Shown piece by piece: positions 1 to 9,534 of a DNA stretch of 58,765 bases. Position numbers and translations under genes: made by a program. Within the stretch, counting starts at the first letter, position 1. Every line of letters starts with the position of its first letter. Source of the stretch: Faecousia sp. (GTDB lineage Bacteria > Bacillota > Clostridia > Oscillospirales > Oscillospiraceae). The notes beneath the pieces are model-generated. The model did not search any database. It was not told where the DNA came from and was given only the letters and a program-made list of their open reading frames with translations. The stretch lies in NCBI GenBank assembly GCA_045660725.1, contig JAZREG010000097.1, positions 1 to 58,765 on the forward strand, in the 5' to 3' direction.

Positions 1-62
1 GCCCGCATTAACTGAATTTGATCCTCAACCAGCTTGATCTGCACATATTTTCTCTTTGGCAT
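1..62 (-). CDS. Probable IS3-family OrfA, N-terminus only (partial)
   Basis: Translates as MPKRKYVQIKLVEDQIQLMR..., resembling clostridial IS3 OrfA starts, and lies inside the putative IRL. Confidence 0.5.
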   Translation of the reverse strand, partial: MPKRKYVQIKLVEDQIQLMR

Positions 63-140
63 AACAATACCCCCTAATGTAGTTATTATCCTACATCAGG
101 GGGCTTTTTGTCTATTGTCCAGTTTTACTGGTTCGGTTCA
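1..140 (-). mobile_element. Left end of an IS3/IS150-family insertion sequence, truncated by the window edge
   Basis: The minus strand from 140 reads TGAACCGAACCAGTAAAACTGGACA, an IS3/IS150-type IRL starting with TG. It is followed by an RBS (GGGGGT) and an ORF starting at 62. The segment is more AT-rich than its neighbours. Confidence 0.6.
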
Positions 141-179
141 AAATCTCACAGGGAGGCTGATCTGTTTTCGGAAGTCCGA

Positions 180-1367
180 TCAGTTGGTGTAATTGTCGAA
201 GTAGCCCTGCACCAGGATGATGGGGGTACCCTTGTCACCGGAGCCGGAGGTCAGGTCACACAGGGAGCCAATGAGGTCCGTCAGGCGGCGGGGGGTGGTG
301 CCCTGGGAAGCCATGGAGCCGGCCAGGTCGCCCTTCTCACGGATGCGCTGCTCGATGGCCTTCTTCAGAGCGTCACCGCTGAGGTCTGCGAAATCGTTGT
401 CCGCCAGGTACTTCAGCTTCAGCTCGTTGGGAGTACCCTCCAGGCCGGGGGTGTTGGCCACGGAAACGCTGGGGTCAGCCAGTTCCCAGATCTTGCCCAC
501 GGGATCCTTGAAAGCGCCGTCACCGTAGACCATGACCTCGATGCACTTGCCGGTGGCCTTCAGGAAGCGATCCTGAATGTCCAGCACCAGGTCGGTGCAT
601 TCCTTGGGGAAGAGCTTGATGGTGCCTTCGGTGGACTTGTTGGAGCCCAGAAGGCCAAACTTCTCATTATAGCCGCTGCCGTCGACGCTGGCGTTCAGGA
701 TATCATCCAGGCCGCAGACCACTTCTGCGCCGGCAGCACGGAGGATGCGCTTGGTGCGGGCACGGCTGTGGATATCGCAGGTCAGCACATTCTTGGTATA
801 GTTCAGGATGACACGGGGGTTGTTGGCGAAGATGATCTCTGCCTCTGCGCCCTCTTCCCGGATCAGGTCACCGTAGTACTGGACATAGTCCACCAGGGTG
901 AACGGATGCAGATTCTGGCCGAACAGCTCCCGGTACTTCTCCTCGGTCAGCACATCGGAGTAGGGGTTCACACCGGCCTCGTCCAGCTGATCCAGGGAAA
1001 CCAGCTCGTTGCCCACTTCGTCAGAGGGGTAGCTGAGCATCAGCACGATCTTCTTGCAGCCCCGGGCGATACCACGCAGGCAAATTGCGAAACGGTTACG
1101 GGACAGGATGGGGAAAATGACACCCACGGTGCCGCCGCCCAGCTTCGTCTTCACGTCCTTGGCAATGGCGTCCACGGAAGCATAGTTGCCCTGAGAACGG
1201 GCGACCACGGACTCCGTAACAGCGACCACATCCCGGTCGTTGAGCTGGAAGCCTTCGCTCTTGGCGGCCTCCAAAACGCTGGTCACAACGATATTCGCCA
1301 GATCATCGCCTTCCCGGATAATGGGGCAGCGAATGCCTCTGGAAGTAGTACCGACTTTTCTCTCCAT
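180..1367 (-). CDS. F420-0:gamma-glutamyl ligase (CofE)-like family protein
   Basis: GIRCPIIREGDDL...VAVTESVVARSQG at the N-terminus and DLIGSLCDLTSGSGDKGTPIILVQGY at the C-terminus are typical of the Firmicute members. Confidence 0.8.
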   Translation of the reverse strand: MERKVGTTSRGIRCPIIREGDDLANIVVTSVLEAAKSEGFQLNDRDVVAVTESVVARSQGNYASVDAIAKDVKTKLGGGTVGVIFPILSRNRFAICLRGIARGCKKIVLMLSYPSDEVGNELVSLDQLDEAGVNPYSDVLTEEKYRELFGQNLHPFTLVDYVQYYGDLIREEGAEAEIIFANNPRVILNYTKNVLTCDIHSRARTKRILRAAGAEVVCGLDDILNASVDGSGYNEKFGLLGSNKSTEGTIKLFPKECTDLVLDIQDRFLKATGKCIEVMVYGDGAFKDPVGKIWELADPSVSVANTPGLEGTPNELKLKYLADNDFADLSGDALKKAIEQRIREKGDLAGSMASQGTTPRRLTDLIGSLCDLTSGSGDKGTPIILVQGYFDNYTN

Positions 1368-1636
1368 AAAAAGACCTCATTTCCCGAATGCGGAAAAAGC
1401 CAACACTCGGCTAGAATAAAACAACACAATAGTTATACAGCAAACCGACGGATTTTTCAACAGGAAATTTCTATTTTTCCGCCCGAAACGGAAATTTTTT
1501 TGCAACTTCCTTCCCATGCCGGCAGATTTTGTCCCCATATTTTGTGCGTCTTTTGGGAAAATAATCGTCGGTTCTTGTATTTTTCGCAGGTTGCTGTTAT
1601 AATGAAAATGATATCCTTCAAAACGGAGGTATTTCT

Positions 1637-2998
1637 ATGAACATTATCATTGCAGGCGGCGGCAAAGTCGGCATCACCCTGGCCCGCCAGCTCTCTGCGG
1701 AAAAGCATGACATCACCCTCATCGACTCCAGCCGCCATGTGCTGGAAGCGGGTATGGAGCGCTTCGACATCATCGCGGTGCAGGGTAACTGCGCCTCCAT
1801 GTCTGTGCTGCTTCAGGCCGGTGTGAAGGATGCGGAACTGCTCATCGCTGTGACCAATGCGGATGAGATCAATCTGCTGTGCTGCACCACCGCCCATGGC
1901 CTCAATCCCAAGCTGCATACCATCGCGCGGATCCGAAATCCGGAATATTTGGATCAGATCTTCAAAATGCGGGATGTCTTTGGCCTTTCCATGTCTATCA
2001 ATCCGGAAAAGCAGGCTGCCGTGGAGATCCACCGGCTGCTGCGTTACCCCGGCTTCCTGCGTCGGGACACCTTCGCCAAGGGCCGTACTGAGATCGTGGA
2101 GCTGCGGATCGACCGCAGCAGCAAGCTGTGCAATGTATCCCTGATCGAAATGGCCGGCATCGTCAAGACCAAGGTCCTGGTGTGCGCCGTTCTGCGCAGC
2201 GGCAACGCCGTTGCTCCCGGCGGTAATTTCATCCTCCGGGAAGGCGACCGGGTCTTCGTCACCGCCCCCACCGCCAACCTTTCGGCTATGCTGAAAAACC
2301 TGGGTGCCATTCCCCGCCGGGCCCGGCGAGTCATCCTGTGCGGCGGCGGACGGGTCAGCTATTATTTGGCAAGCCTCCTGGAAAAGGACGGCGTTTCCGT
2401 CCAGCTGATCGAAAGCGACTACGACCGCTGCCGGGAGCTGTCTGCCCTGCTGCCCAACACCTGCATCGTCCACGGCGATGCCACCGACCAGCACCTGCTG
2501 GAGCAGGAGGGCGCCGCCAGCAGCGATGCTCTGGTGACCTTGACGGGCATGGACGAACTGAATATGATTATTTCCCTCTACGGCTCCTCCCAAAACATCC
2601 CCCAGGTAATCACCAAGCTGGGCCACGTGGAGAACCGGAACATCATCGACGCGCTCTCCCTGGGCAGCGTGGTCAGCCCCAAGGATCTGTGCTGCAACAA
2701 CATCATCCGCTATGTCCGTGCCATGCAGAATCAGACCGGCGCTGCCATCTCCGTCCACACCATTGCCGACGGTCAGGTAGAGGCTGTGGAATTCCTGGTG
2801 GATGACAACACTCCCAACTGCGGCATTCCCCTGAAGGATCTGCGGCTGAAGCCCAATGTGCTGATCGCCAGCATCACCCACGGCGCTGTTTCTGAAGTTC
2901 CCAACGGCAACTCTGTCTTCCGCAAGGGAGATGTGGTGGTCGTCGTCACCAGCGGCCGTGGCGTCCTGCACCAGCTGGGTGACATTTTCCTGGGATAA
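1637..2998 (+). CDS. trkA: Trk potassium uptake NAD-binding subunit
   Basis: Two RCK domains (IIIAGGGKVG; VILCGGGRVS); GGAGG RBS; adjacent to trkH. Confidence 0.95.
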   Translation: MNIIIAGGGKVGITLARQLSAEKHDITLIDSSRHVLEAGMERFDIIAVQGNCASMSVLLQAGVKDAELLIAVTNADEINLLCCTTAHGLNPKLHTIARIRNPEYLDQIFKMRDVFGLSMSINPEKQAAVEIHRLLRYPGFLRRDTFAKGRTEIVELRIDRSSKLCNVSLIEMAGIVKTKVLVCAVLRSGNAVAPGGNFILREGDRVFVTAPTANLSAMLKNLGAIPRRARRVILCGGGRVSYYLASLLEKDGVSVQLIESDYDRCRELSALLPNTCIVHGDATDQHLLEQEGAASSDALVTLTGMDELNMIISLYGSSQNIPQVITKLGHVENRNIIDALSLGSVVSPKDLCCNNIIRYVRAMQNQTGAAISVHTIADGQVEAVEFLVDDNTPNCGIPLKDLRLKPNVLIASITHGAVSEVPNGNSVFRKGDVVVVVTSGRGVLHQLGDIFLG

Positions 2999-3008
2999 GG
3001 GGGCAGCC

Positions 3009-4463
3009 ATGAACTACCGAGTCGTGGGAAAATTCCTTTCCCAAACCCTGCTGATTGAAGGGCTGTTCATGCTTCCTGCCCTGATTCTCAGCCTTTGCTA
3101 TGGAGAAACCGCAGCCGTTTGGGCCTTCCTGCAGACCATTTTGATCCTGGCGCTGGCAACCGCGGTTTTGTATCTGCTGTGCAAAAGCGCCCCCACCGCC
3201 TTCGGTGCTAAGGAAGGCCTGGTCTGTGTCAGCATCAGTTGGATCGTCATGAGTTTGCTGGGCTGTCTGCCCTTCTATCTGTCCCGGGAGATCCCCCGGT
3301 ATATCGACGCCCTGTTTGAGATGGTTTCCGGCTTCACCACCACCGGCGCTTCTGTGGTGGCCAATGTGGAGGGGCTTTCCAAGGGCATCCTCTACTGGCG
3401 CAGCTTCAGCCATTGGCTGGGCGGCATGGGCGTGCTGGTATTCCTGCTGGCCCTGAGTCCCGGGGACAGCAAAGGCTCCGGCTTTACCATGCACCTGATG
3501 CGGGCGGAAAGCCCCGGCCCCAATGTGGGCAAGCTGGTGCCGAAAATGCGCAAAACCGCAGCGATCCTGTACCTGCTGTATATCGCGCTGACTTTGCTCG
3601 ATTTCCTGTTCCTGCTGTTTGGCGGAATGGATGTGTTTGACGCGGTCTGTACCGCCTTCGGCACTGCCGGCACCGGCGGTTTTGGCATCAAAAACGATTC
3701 CATGGCCGGCTACTCCCCCTACCTGCAGAACGTGACCACCGTATTCATGCTGTTGTTCGGTGTGAATTTCAGCTGCTATTACCTGCTGCTGTTGGGCCAG
3801 TTCCGCAGCGTATTCCGGGACGAAGAGCTGCGGCTGTACTGGGGCATTGTTGTGGGCGCCATCGTCCTCATTGTCCTGAATCTCCGGGGCGTTTACGCCA
3901 CCCTGGAGGAGACCATCCGTCACAGCGCCTTTCAGGTCTCCAGTATCATCACCACCACCGGCTTTGCCACCACGGATTTCGACCTGTGGCCCAGTTTCTC
4001 CAAAGCCATTTTGTTGGGCCTGATGATCATCGGTGCCTGTGCCGGCTCCACCGGTGGCGGCATCAAGGTGGCCCGGGTGCTGCTGCTGATGAAGAGCCTG
4101 CGCCGGAATATCCGCAAGGTCCTGCACCCGAAAAAGGTACAGCTGGTCCGCAACAGCGGTGCTGTGGTGGACGAACAGGTGCTGGAAAACACCAACGCAT
4201 ACCTGGCAGCCTATACCATCCTTATGGCGGCGAGCTTTATCCTCATCTCCCTGGACGGTTTCTCTGTGACTACCAACATTTCCGCGGTGCTGGCCTGCTT
4301 CAATAACATCGGCCCGGGCCTGGAAGCTGTAGGCCCCACCTGCAACTATGCCGACTATGGGGTCGTGTCCAAGTTGGTACTCATTGTAGATATGCTGGCA
4401 GGCAGATTGGAGATCTTCCCCATCCTGATTCTCCTGTCCAAGAGCACCTGGAAGCATCGCTAA
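3009..4463 (+). CDS. trkH: Trk potassium uptake membrane subunit
   Basis: Pore motifs SGFTTTGAS, TAGTGGF, TTTGF, GSTGGGIK, NNIGPG, GRLE; ATG at 3009. Confidence 0.95.
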   Translation: MNYRVVGKFLSQTLLIEGLFMLPALILSLCYGETAAVWAFLQTILILALATAVLYLLCKSAPTAFGAKEGLVCVSISWIVMSLLGCLPFYLSREIPRYIDALFEMVSGFTTTGASVVANVEGLSKGILYWRSFSHWLGGMGVLVFLLALSPGDSKGSGFTMHLMRAESPGPNVGKLVPKMRKTAAILYLLYIALTLLDFLFLLFGGMDVFDAVCTAFGTAGTGGFGIKNDSMAGYSPYLQNVTTVFMLLFGVNFSCYYLLLLGQFRSVFRDEELRLYWGIVVGAIVLIVLNLRGVYATLEETIRHSAFQVSSIITTTGFATTDFDLWPSFSKAILLGLMIIGACAGSTGGGIKVARVLLLMKSLRRNIRKVLHPKKVQLVRNSGAVVDEQVLENTNAYLAAYTILMAASFILISLDGFSVTTNISAVLACFNNIGPGLEAVGPTCNYADYGVVSKLVLIVDMLAGRLEIFPILILLSKSTWKHR

Positions 4464-4498
4464 CTTAGGATTTATCGAGCCGTTTGAACACCCCTTTC

Positions 4499-4631
4499 GT
4501 AGGGCGCGGTCATGACCGCGCCGATCCGTTTGGATTTTTGTACAGGAAAAATCTATGCAAAAGCGAATTTGCGCAAATCCAAAAACGCAAAAATTGCCCA
4601 GGTGGTCGGTGGGGTCATGACCCCACCCTAC
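4499..4631. repeat. Inverted pair of GTAG-type REP hairpins (REPIN-like)
   Basis: GTAGGGCGCGGTCATGACCGCGCC starts at 4499 (+); GTAGGGTGGGGTCATGACCCCACC starts at 4631 (-); both share a GGTCATGACC core. Confidence 0.75.
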
Positions 4632-4678
4632 AAAGACTGCGTTGCAGATAAACAAACCGGATTTTCCCCATTCCATAC

Positions 4679-4713
4679 AAAAAACAGGCGCGGTGCCAAA
4701 TGGCACCGCGCCT
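4679..4713 (-). terminator. Intrinsic terminator of the DUF1846 gene
   Basis: AGGCGCGGTGCCA/TGGCACCGCGCCT stem with a T-run on the minus strand. Confidence 0.75.
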
Positions 4714-4727
4714 TATCTTGCGTCTTT

Positions 4728-6194
4728 TTACTGCTTGTAGCGGGGTTCGCAGGTCAGGTTCACACCCAGCGGCGTGAAGGTCTTCTCGTCCACAGCAGAC
4801 AGGATCACAGAAGAGTGGATCTCACAGCCCCGGAGCTTGCTCAGCTGCTCCATGGCCAGCTCCGCAGTGGGATTGGTTGCCGCGCTGATAGACAGGGCGA
4901 TCAGCACCTCATCGGTGTGCAGCCGGGGGTTCCGATTGCCCAAATGCTCCGTCTTCAGGTGCTGAATGGGGTCGATGACCACGGGAGAGATCAGGTGTAG
5001 CTCATCCCGGATGCCGCCCAAAGCCTTCAGGGCATTGAGCAGCAGGGCCGCGGAAGCACCCAGCAGGTTAGAGGTTTTGCCGGTAACGATCCGGCCGTCA
5101 GGCAGCTGGGCCGCAGCGGCAGGCTTACCGGTCTCAGCAGCCTTATCCAGGGCCGCTGCCACCACCTTACGGGCGCCGGGTTCCACGCTGGCCTTCTTCA
5201 TCAAAAGCTCCAGCTTCAGCACCATATCCTCGGTAGCCTTGCCCTGCTTCTGATCGCACAGGGCCGCGTAATATCTGCGGATGATTTCCTGGCGGGAGGC
5301 TTCCCGGGCAGCCTCATCATCGATGATGCAGTTGCCCAGCATATTGACGCCCATATCCGTGGGAGACTTGTAGGGACACTGGCCCAGGATCTTTTCAAAC
5401 ATGGCCACCAGCACGGGGAAGGCTTCCACATCCCGGTTATAGTTGACGGTAGTAACCCCGTAAGCTTCCAAATGGAAGGGATCGAGCATATTCACATCGG
5501 AAAGATCCGCGGTGGCTGCCTCATAGGCCAGGTTCACCGGGTGATTCAGAGGCAGATTCCACACCGGGAAGGTCTCGAACTTGGCGTAGCCCGCCTGGAC
5601 ACCCCGCTTATGCTCATGGTACAGCTGGCTCAGGCAGGTGGCCAGCTTGCCGCTGCCGGGACCGGGGGCGGTGACCACCACCAGCTCCCGCTGGGTCTCG
5701 ATATAATCATTGCGGCCGTAACCCTCGTCGCTGACGATATGGGCGATGTTGGAAGGATAGCCCTCGATGGCGTAGTGATGGTACACCCGCACACCCAAGC
5801 CCTCCAACCGGGCCTGGAACGCCCTGGTGGCCGGCTTATCATCGTACCGGGTCAGCACCACACTGGAAACATAGAAGCCGAAGCCCCGGAAAATATCGAT
5901 CAGGCGGATCACGTCCAGGTCATAGGTAATGCCCAGGTCGCCCCGGACCTTATTCTTCTCAATATCCGCAGCGTTGATGGCGATGACCATTTCCACCTGG
6001 TCCTTCAGCTGCAGCAGCATCTTCAGCTTGCTGTCCGGCTGAAAACCGGGCAGTACCCGGGATGCATGGTTGTCGTCATACAGCTTGCCGCCGAATTCCA
6101 AAAACAGCTTGCCGCCAAACTGCGCGATCCGCTGACGGATATGCTCCGATTGGGTCTGTAGATATTTGTCGTTGTCAAAAGCAATCCCTGCCAT
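4728..6194 (-). CDS. DUF1846 (UPF0371) family protein
   Basis: FDNDKYL...LEFGGKLYDDNHASRVLPGF, TAPGPGSGK, YAKFETFP, YNRDVE; GGAGG RBS before MAGIAF at 6194. Confidence 0.9.
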   Translation of the reverse strand: MAGIAFDNDKYLQTQSEHIRQRIAQFGGKLFLEFGGKLYDDNHASRVLPGFQPDSKLKMLLQLKDQVEMVIAINAADIEKNKVRGDLGITYDLDVIRLIDIFRGFGFYVSSVVLTRYDDKPATRAFQARLEGLGVRVYHHYAIEGYPSNIAHIVSDEGYGRNDYIETQRELVVVTAPGPGSGKLATCLSQLYHEHKRGVQAGYAKFETFPVWNLPLNHPVNLAYEAATADLSDVNMLDPFHLEAYGVTTVNYNRDVEAFPVLVAMFEKILGQCPYKSPTDMGVNMLGNCIIDDEAAREASRQEIIRRYYAALCDQKQGKATEDMVLKLELLMKKASVEPGARKVVAAALDKAAETGKPAAAAQLPDGRIVTGKTSNLLGASAALLLNALKALGGIRDELHLISPVVIDPIQHLKTEHLGNRNPRLHTDEVLIALSISAATNPTAELAMEQLSKLRGCEIHSSVILSAVDEKTFTPLGVNLTCEPRYKQ

Positions 6195-6418
6195 TTTTAG
6201 GCCTCCTTCTGTAACAAACACGATTAAAGTGTAGCAGATTCCCGGCGAAATAGCAAGGCTAATTTCTCCCTTTTTCCGCAAAAGAAAGCTGTAAATTCCA
6301 GGGCGCATCGGTTGATCTGCTCCGTTTTTCCGCGCCGAGCGCACATCTGTCTTTTTCTCCTTGTCATTTTCCGGTATTTGTGGTATGATAACTACATTCT
6401 TTTAGGAGGTGTTTCGCT

Positions 6419-7237
6419 TTGGAATTTCGTGTAAACCATCCGATCCTGTTTGTCCTGGCGGGGATCCTGGTGGCCGTGGTTTTAGCCCAGTCCATCTACT
6501 TCCTCGTTAAGGCCCTCAAGCGCAGCAAGGAGCTGGGTATGGACCAGAAAAAACTGCGCAAGACCATTCAAACCGCTGCCGTCTTTACCATCGCCCCGGC
6601 GGTGGCCATCGTCATCAGTATCATCACCCTGAGCAAGAAGCTGGGCCTTCCCCTGCCCTGGCTGCGGCTGAGCGTGGTTGGCTCCATGAGCTATGAGACC
6701 GTGGCCGCCAACAACGCCCTGTCGGCCATGTTCCAATCTCTGGGTTCCCCCACCCCTCTGACCGCCCAGCAATATGTCAACGTGCTGCTGGTCATGACCA
6801 TCTCCATCATGCTGGGCATTTGGCTGGTGCCGGTCATCGGCAAAAAGCTGCAAAGCGGCCTGTCCAGCCTGAGTAACCGGGACGCCAAGTGGGCGGATAT
6901 TTTCCAGAACGCTCTGTTCATCGGTATGATCTCCGCATTCCTGGGTTTCGTATTCAGCAACGTTTCCCGGCTGTGGACCGCCGATGCCAATGGCATGGTC
7001 ACCGTCATCGAAAAGGAGGTCAACGAAGTGGGCGAAAAGGTGGACAAGGTAGTGCAGTACTCCTCCACCTCCGGCCTGGTTCCTGTTTGCGTCATGGTGG
7101 TATCCGCGCTGACCATGGTCATCTGCGGCCTTGCCATGCGCAAGCCCAAGCTGAAGTGGCTCAGCGAATACGCCCTTCCCATCAGCCTCATTGTGGGCAT
7201 GGCCTCCGCCATCCCCTTCACCGCATGGCTGGGTTAA
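6419..7237 (+). CDS. DUF5058 family membrane protein
   Basis: GLPLPWLRLSVVGSMSYE motif, multiple TM helices, TTG start with GGAGGT RBS. Confidence 0.8.
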   Translation: MEFRVNHPILFVLAGILVAVVLAQSIYFLVKALKRSKELGMDQKKLRKTIQTAAVFTIAPAVAIVISIITLSKKLGLPLPWLRLSVVGSMSYETVAANNALSAMFQSLGSPTPLTAQQYVNVLLVMTISIMLGIWLVPVIGKKLQSGLSSLSNRDAKWADIFQNALFIGMISAFLGFVFSNVSRLWTADANGMVTVIEKEVNEVGEKVDKVVQYSSTSGLVPVCVMVVSALTMVICGLAMRKPKLKWLSEYALPISLIVGMASAIPFTAWLG

Positions 7238-7249
7238 GGAGGTAGCGAA

Positions 7250-7915
7250 ATGAAAAAGAACCTGTCTTACATTGATTCCGTCCATCGTGACGGCCGCATT
7301 TGGAACCTGAGCGTCATGGTGCTGCTTATGCTCTTCCCCATGACCGTTGCCATTCTCTTCAGCGTGACCCCGGATTGGGGCGCCCTGGGTGTGGGCCTGG
7401 TGGCTACCGCGCCCATGTACTGGGCAGTTGGTGCCATTGAGACCGTTACCTTCGTCCCCATGCTGGGTGCCGGCGGCTCCTACTTAAGCTTCGTCACCGG
7501 CAACATCTCCAATCTGAAGCTCCCCTGCGCCCTGAACGCATTGGAGCAGAACGGCGTCAGCGCCAACAGCGAGGAGGGCGAAGTCATCTCCACCATCGCC
7601 ATCGCCACCTCCTCCATCGTCACCACCCTGATCATCATCGTGGGCGTCATCTGCATCGTTCCCCTGACCCCCGTTTTGGAAGCACCGGTGCTGCAGCCTG
7701 CCTTCCAGCAGATCCTGTCCGCCCTCTTTGGCGGCCTGGGCGTGGCGTTCGTCAGCAAGAACTGGAAGCTGTCCCTGGCCCCCATCGGCCTGATGCTGAT
7801 CCTGTTCATTTTTATCCCCGCCCTGAACGAAGGCACCGTGGGCATCATGGTGCCGGTGAGCGCCCTGTTCACCATCGCTGTGGGCCGCATCCTGTATAAG
7901 CGAGGTGTACTGTAA
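7250..7915 (+). CDS. Conserved membrane protein, partner of DUF5058
   Basis: LGAGGSYLSFVTGNISNLKLPCA motif; about 6 TM helices; operonic. Confidence 0.75.
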   Translation: MKKNLSYIDSVHRDGRIWNLSVMVLLMLFPMTVAILFSVTPDWGALGVGLVATAPMYWAVGAIETVTFVPMLGAGGSYLSFVTGNISNLKLPCALNALEQNGVSANSEEGEVISTIAIATSSIVTTLIIIVGVICIVPLTPVLEAPVLQPAFQQILSALFGGLGVAFVSKNWKLSLAPIGLMLILFIFIPALNEGTVGIMVPVSALFTIAVGRILYKRGVL

Positions 7916-9348
7916 TGCCCGGCTACATTGTTTTGGGTGTAATCGGCCTGTTCCTGGCCATCGTCCTGATCCGCACCGCGCTGTTTCGGCCCAAAGCCCA
8001 GGCCGCTACCACCCCGGAAGAAGTTGCCTTCAACACCGACAAGGCCATCGGCAACTTGGCGGAGCTAATCAAGTGCAAGACCGTTTCCTACAACGATCCT
8101 GCCCTGGAAGATGAGGCTGAATTCAAGAAGCTGATCTCCATGCTGCCTTCCCTGTACCCCCGGGTATTTGATGTCTGCTCCTTCAATCAGCTTCCGGACC
8201 GGGCGCTGCTGCTGCGCTGGCCGGGCAAGAGTGAAAAAGAGCCGGCCGTCCTCATGGCCCACTACGATGTCGTCCCTGTAGACGAGAGCAAGTGGGAAAA
8301 GCCCCCCTTCAGCGCCATCATCGAAGACGGCGTTCTGTGGGGCCGGGGAACTCTGGATACCAAGGTCACCTTCAACGGCATCCTGTATGCCGCCAACCAT
8401 CTGATCGGCAAGGGGTTTGTCCCGGAGCATGACATCTACTTCGCCTTCTCCGGCGGTGAAGAGGTCAACGGCAAGGGCGCGCCCAACATCGTGCAGTATT
8501 TTGTGGATCACCACATCCAGCCCGCCCTGGTGGTAGATGAAGGCGGCGCTGTGGTGCAGAATGTCTTCCCCGGCGTCACCGCCCCCTGCGGCCTCATCGG
8601 CATTGCGGAAAAGGGCATGATCAACGCCCAGTTCAAGACCCAGTCCGCCGGCGGCCACGCCTCCGCCCCCAAGCCCCACACCCCGGTGGGCGTCCTGGCC
8701 AAAGCCTGCACCCGGCTGGAAAACAAGCCCTTCAAGGCCCATATTGACGGCCCCGCGGCCCAAATGTTTGACACTCTGGGCCGCCACTCCACCTTCCTGT
8801 ACCGCATGATCTTCGCCAATCTTTGGTGCTTTGGTTGGGTCATCGACCTGCTGGGCAAGCGCAGCGGCGGCGAAATGAACGCCCTGGTGCGCACCACCGT
8901 GGCTTTCACCCAAATGGAAGGCTCCAGCGCCCGGAATGTGATCCCCCCGGAAGCGACCATGGTGGCCAATATGCGGCTGAATCCCAGCGATTCCGTCAGC
9001 TCTGCCCTGCATTATCTGCAGAAGACTGTAGCGGATCCTGCGGTGTCCATCTCCGCTTTGGAATCCTCCGAGCCCAGCCCCGTATCCGAAACCGATTGCC
9101 CCGCCTGGGACAAGGTGGCCTCCTCTGTGGCGGAAACCTGGCCCGGCTGCATCGTAGCCCCCTATCTGATGGTCCAGTGTTCCGATTCCCGGCACTATCG
9201 GGATCTGAGCAACCATGTCTATCGCTTCTCCGCCATGGATCTGACCGCAGAAGAACGCTCCACCATTCACGGCCACAATGAGCGCATCCGCCTGGAAACC
9301 GCGCTCCACGCCGTGGAGTTCTTCATCCGTCTGATGAAAAAATGCTGA
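7915..9348 (+). CDS. M20 family metallopeptidase (carboxypeptidase S/PM20D1-like) with an N-terminal anchor
   Basis: LMAHYDVVP, WGRGTLDTK, GGEE, DEGG, GGHAS, IHGHNE. Confidence 0.9.
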   Translation: MPGYIVLGVIGLFLAIVLIRTALFRPKAQAATTPEEVAFNTDKAIGNLAELIKCKTVSYNDPALEDEAEFKKLISMLPSLYPRVFDVCSFNQLPDRALLLRWPGKSEKEPAVLMAHYDVVPVDESKWEKPPFSAIIEDGVLWGRGTLDTKVTFNGILYAANHLIGKGFVPEHDIYFAFSGGEEVNGKGAPNIVQYFVDHHIQPALVVDEGGAVVQNVFPGVTAPCGLIGIAEKGMINAQFKTQSAGGHASAPKPHTPVGVLAKACTRLENKPFKAHIDGPAAQMFDTLGRHSTFLYRMIFANLWCFGWVIDLLGKRSGGEMNALVRTTVAFTQMEGSSARNVIPPEATMVANMRLNPSDSVSSALHYLQKTVADPAVSISALESSEPSPVSETDCPAWDKVASSVAETWPGCIVAPYLMVQCSDSRHYRDLSNHVYRFSAMDLTAEERSTIHGHNERIRLETALHAVEFFIRLMKKC

Positions 9349-9357
9349 ACCGATTCC

Positions 9358-9395
9358 AATGCCGCCCGGAGCCCCGGGCGGCATTTCTCTTTTTT
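9358..9395 (+). terminator. Intrinsic terminator
   Basis: AATGCCGCCCGG/CCGGGCGGCATT stem followed by a T-rich tail. Confidence 0.75.
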
Positions 9396-9534
9396 GTGTT
9401 CAAAGTGGTAAATTCCCCATCGTTTCCGCAACACAATTGCGATTGCTTTTTGTTGGCAAGCATGGTAAAATTTTAGTAAAGTAGTATAAAAACCGGCCGG
9501 TTGCCGCCGGAAAGATGAGAATGAGGTGATCCCT

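Noticed and set aside
180-1367. Evidence for F420 biosynthesis
   Set aside because: No other cof/fbi genes are present, and this CofE-like family is widespread in Firmicutes that do not make F420.
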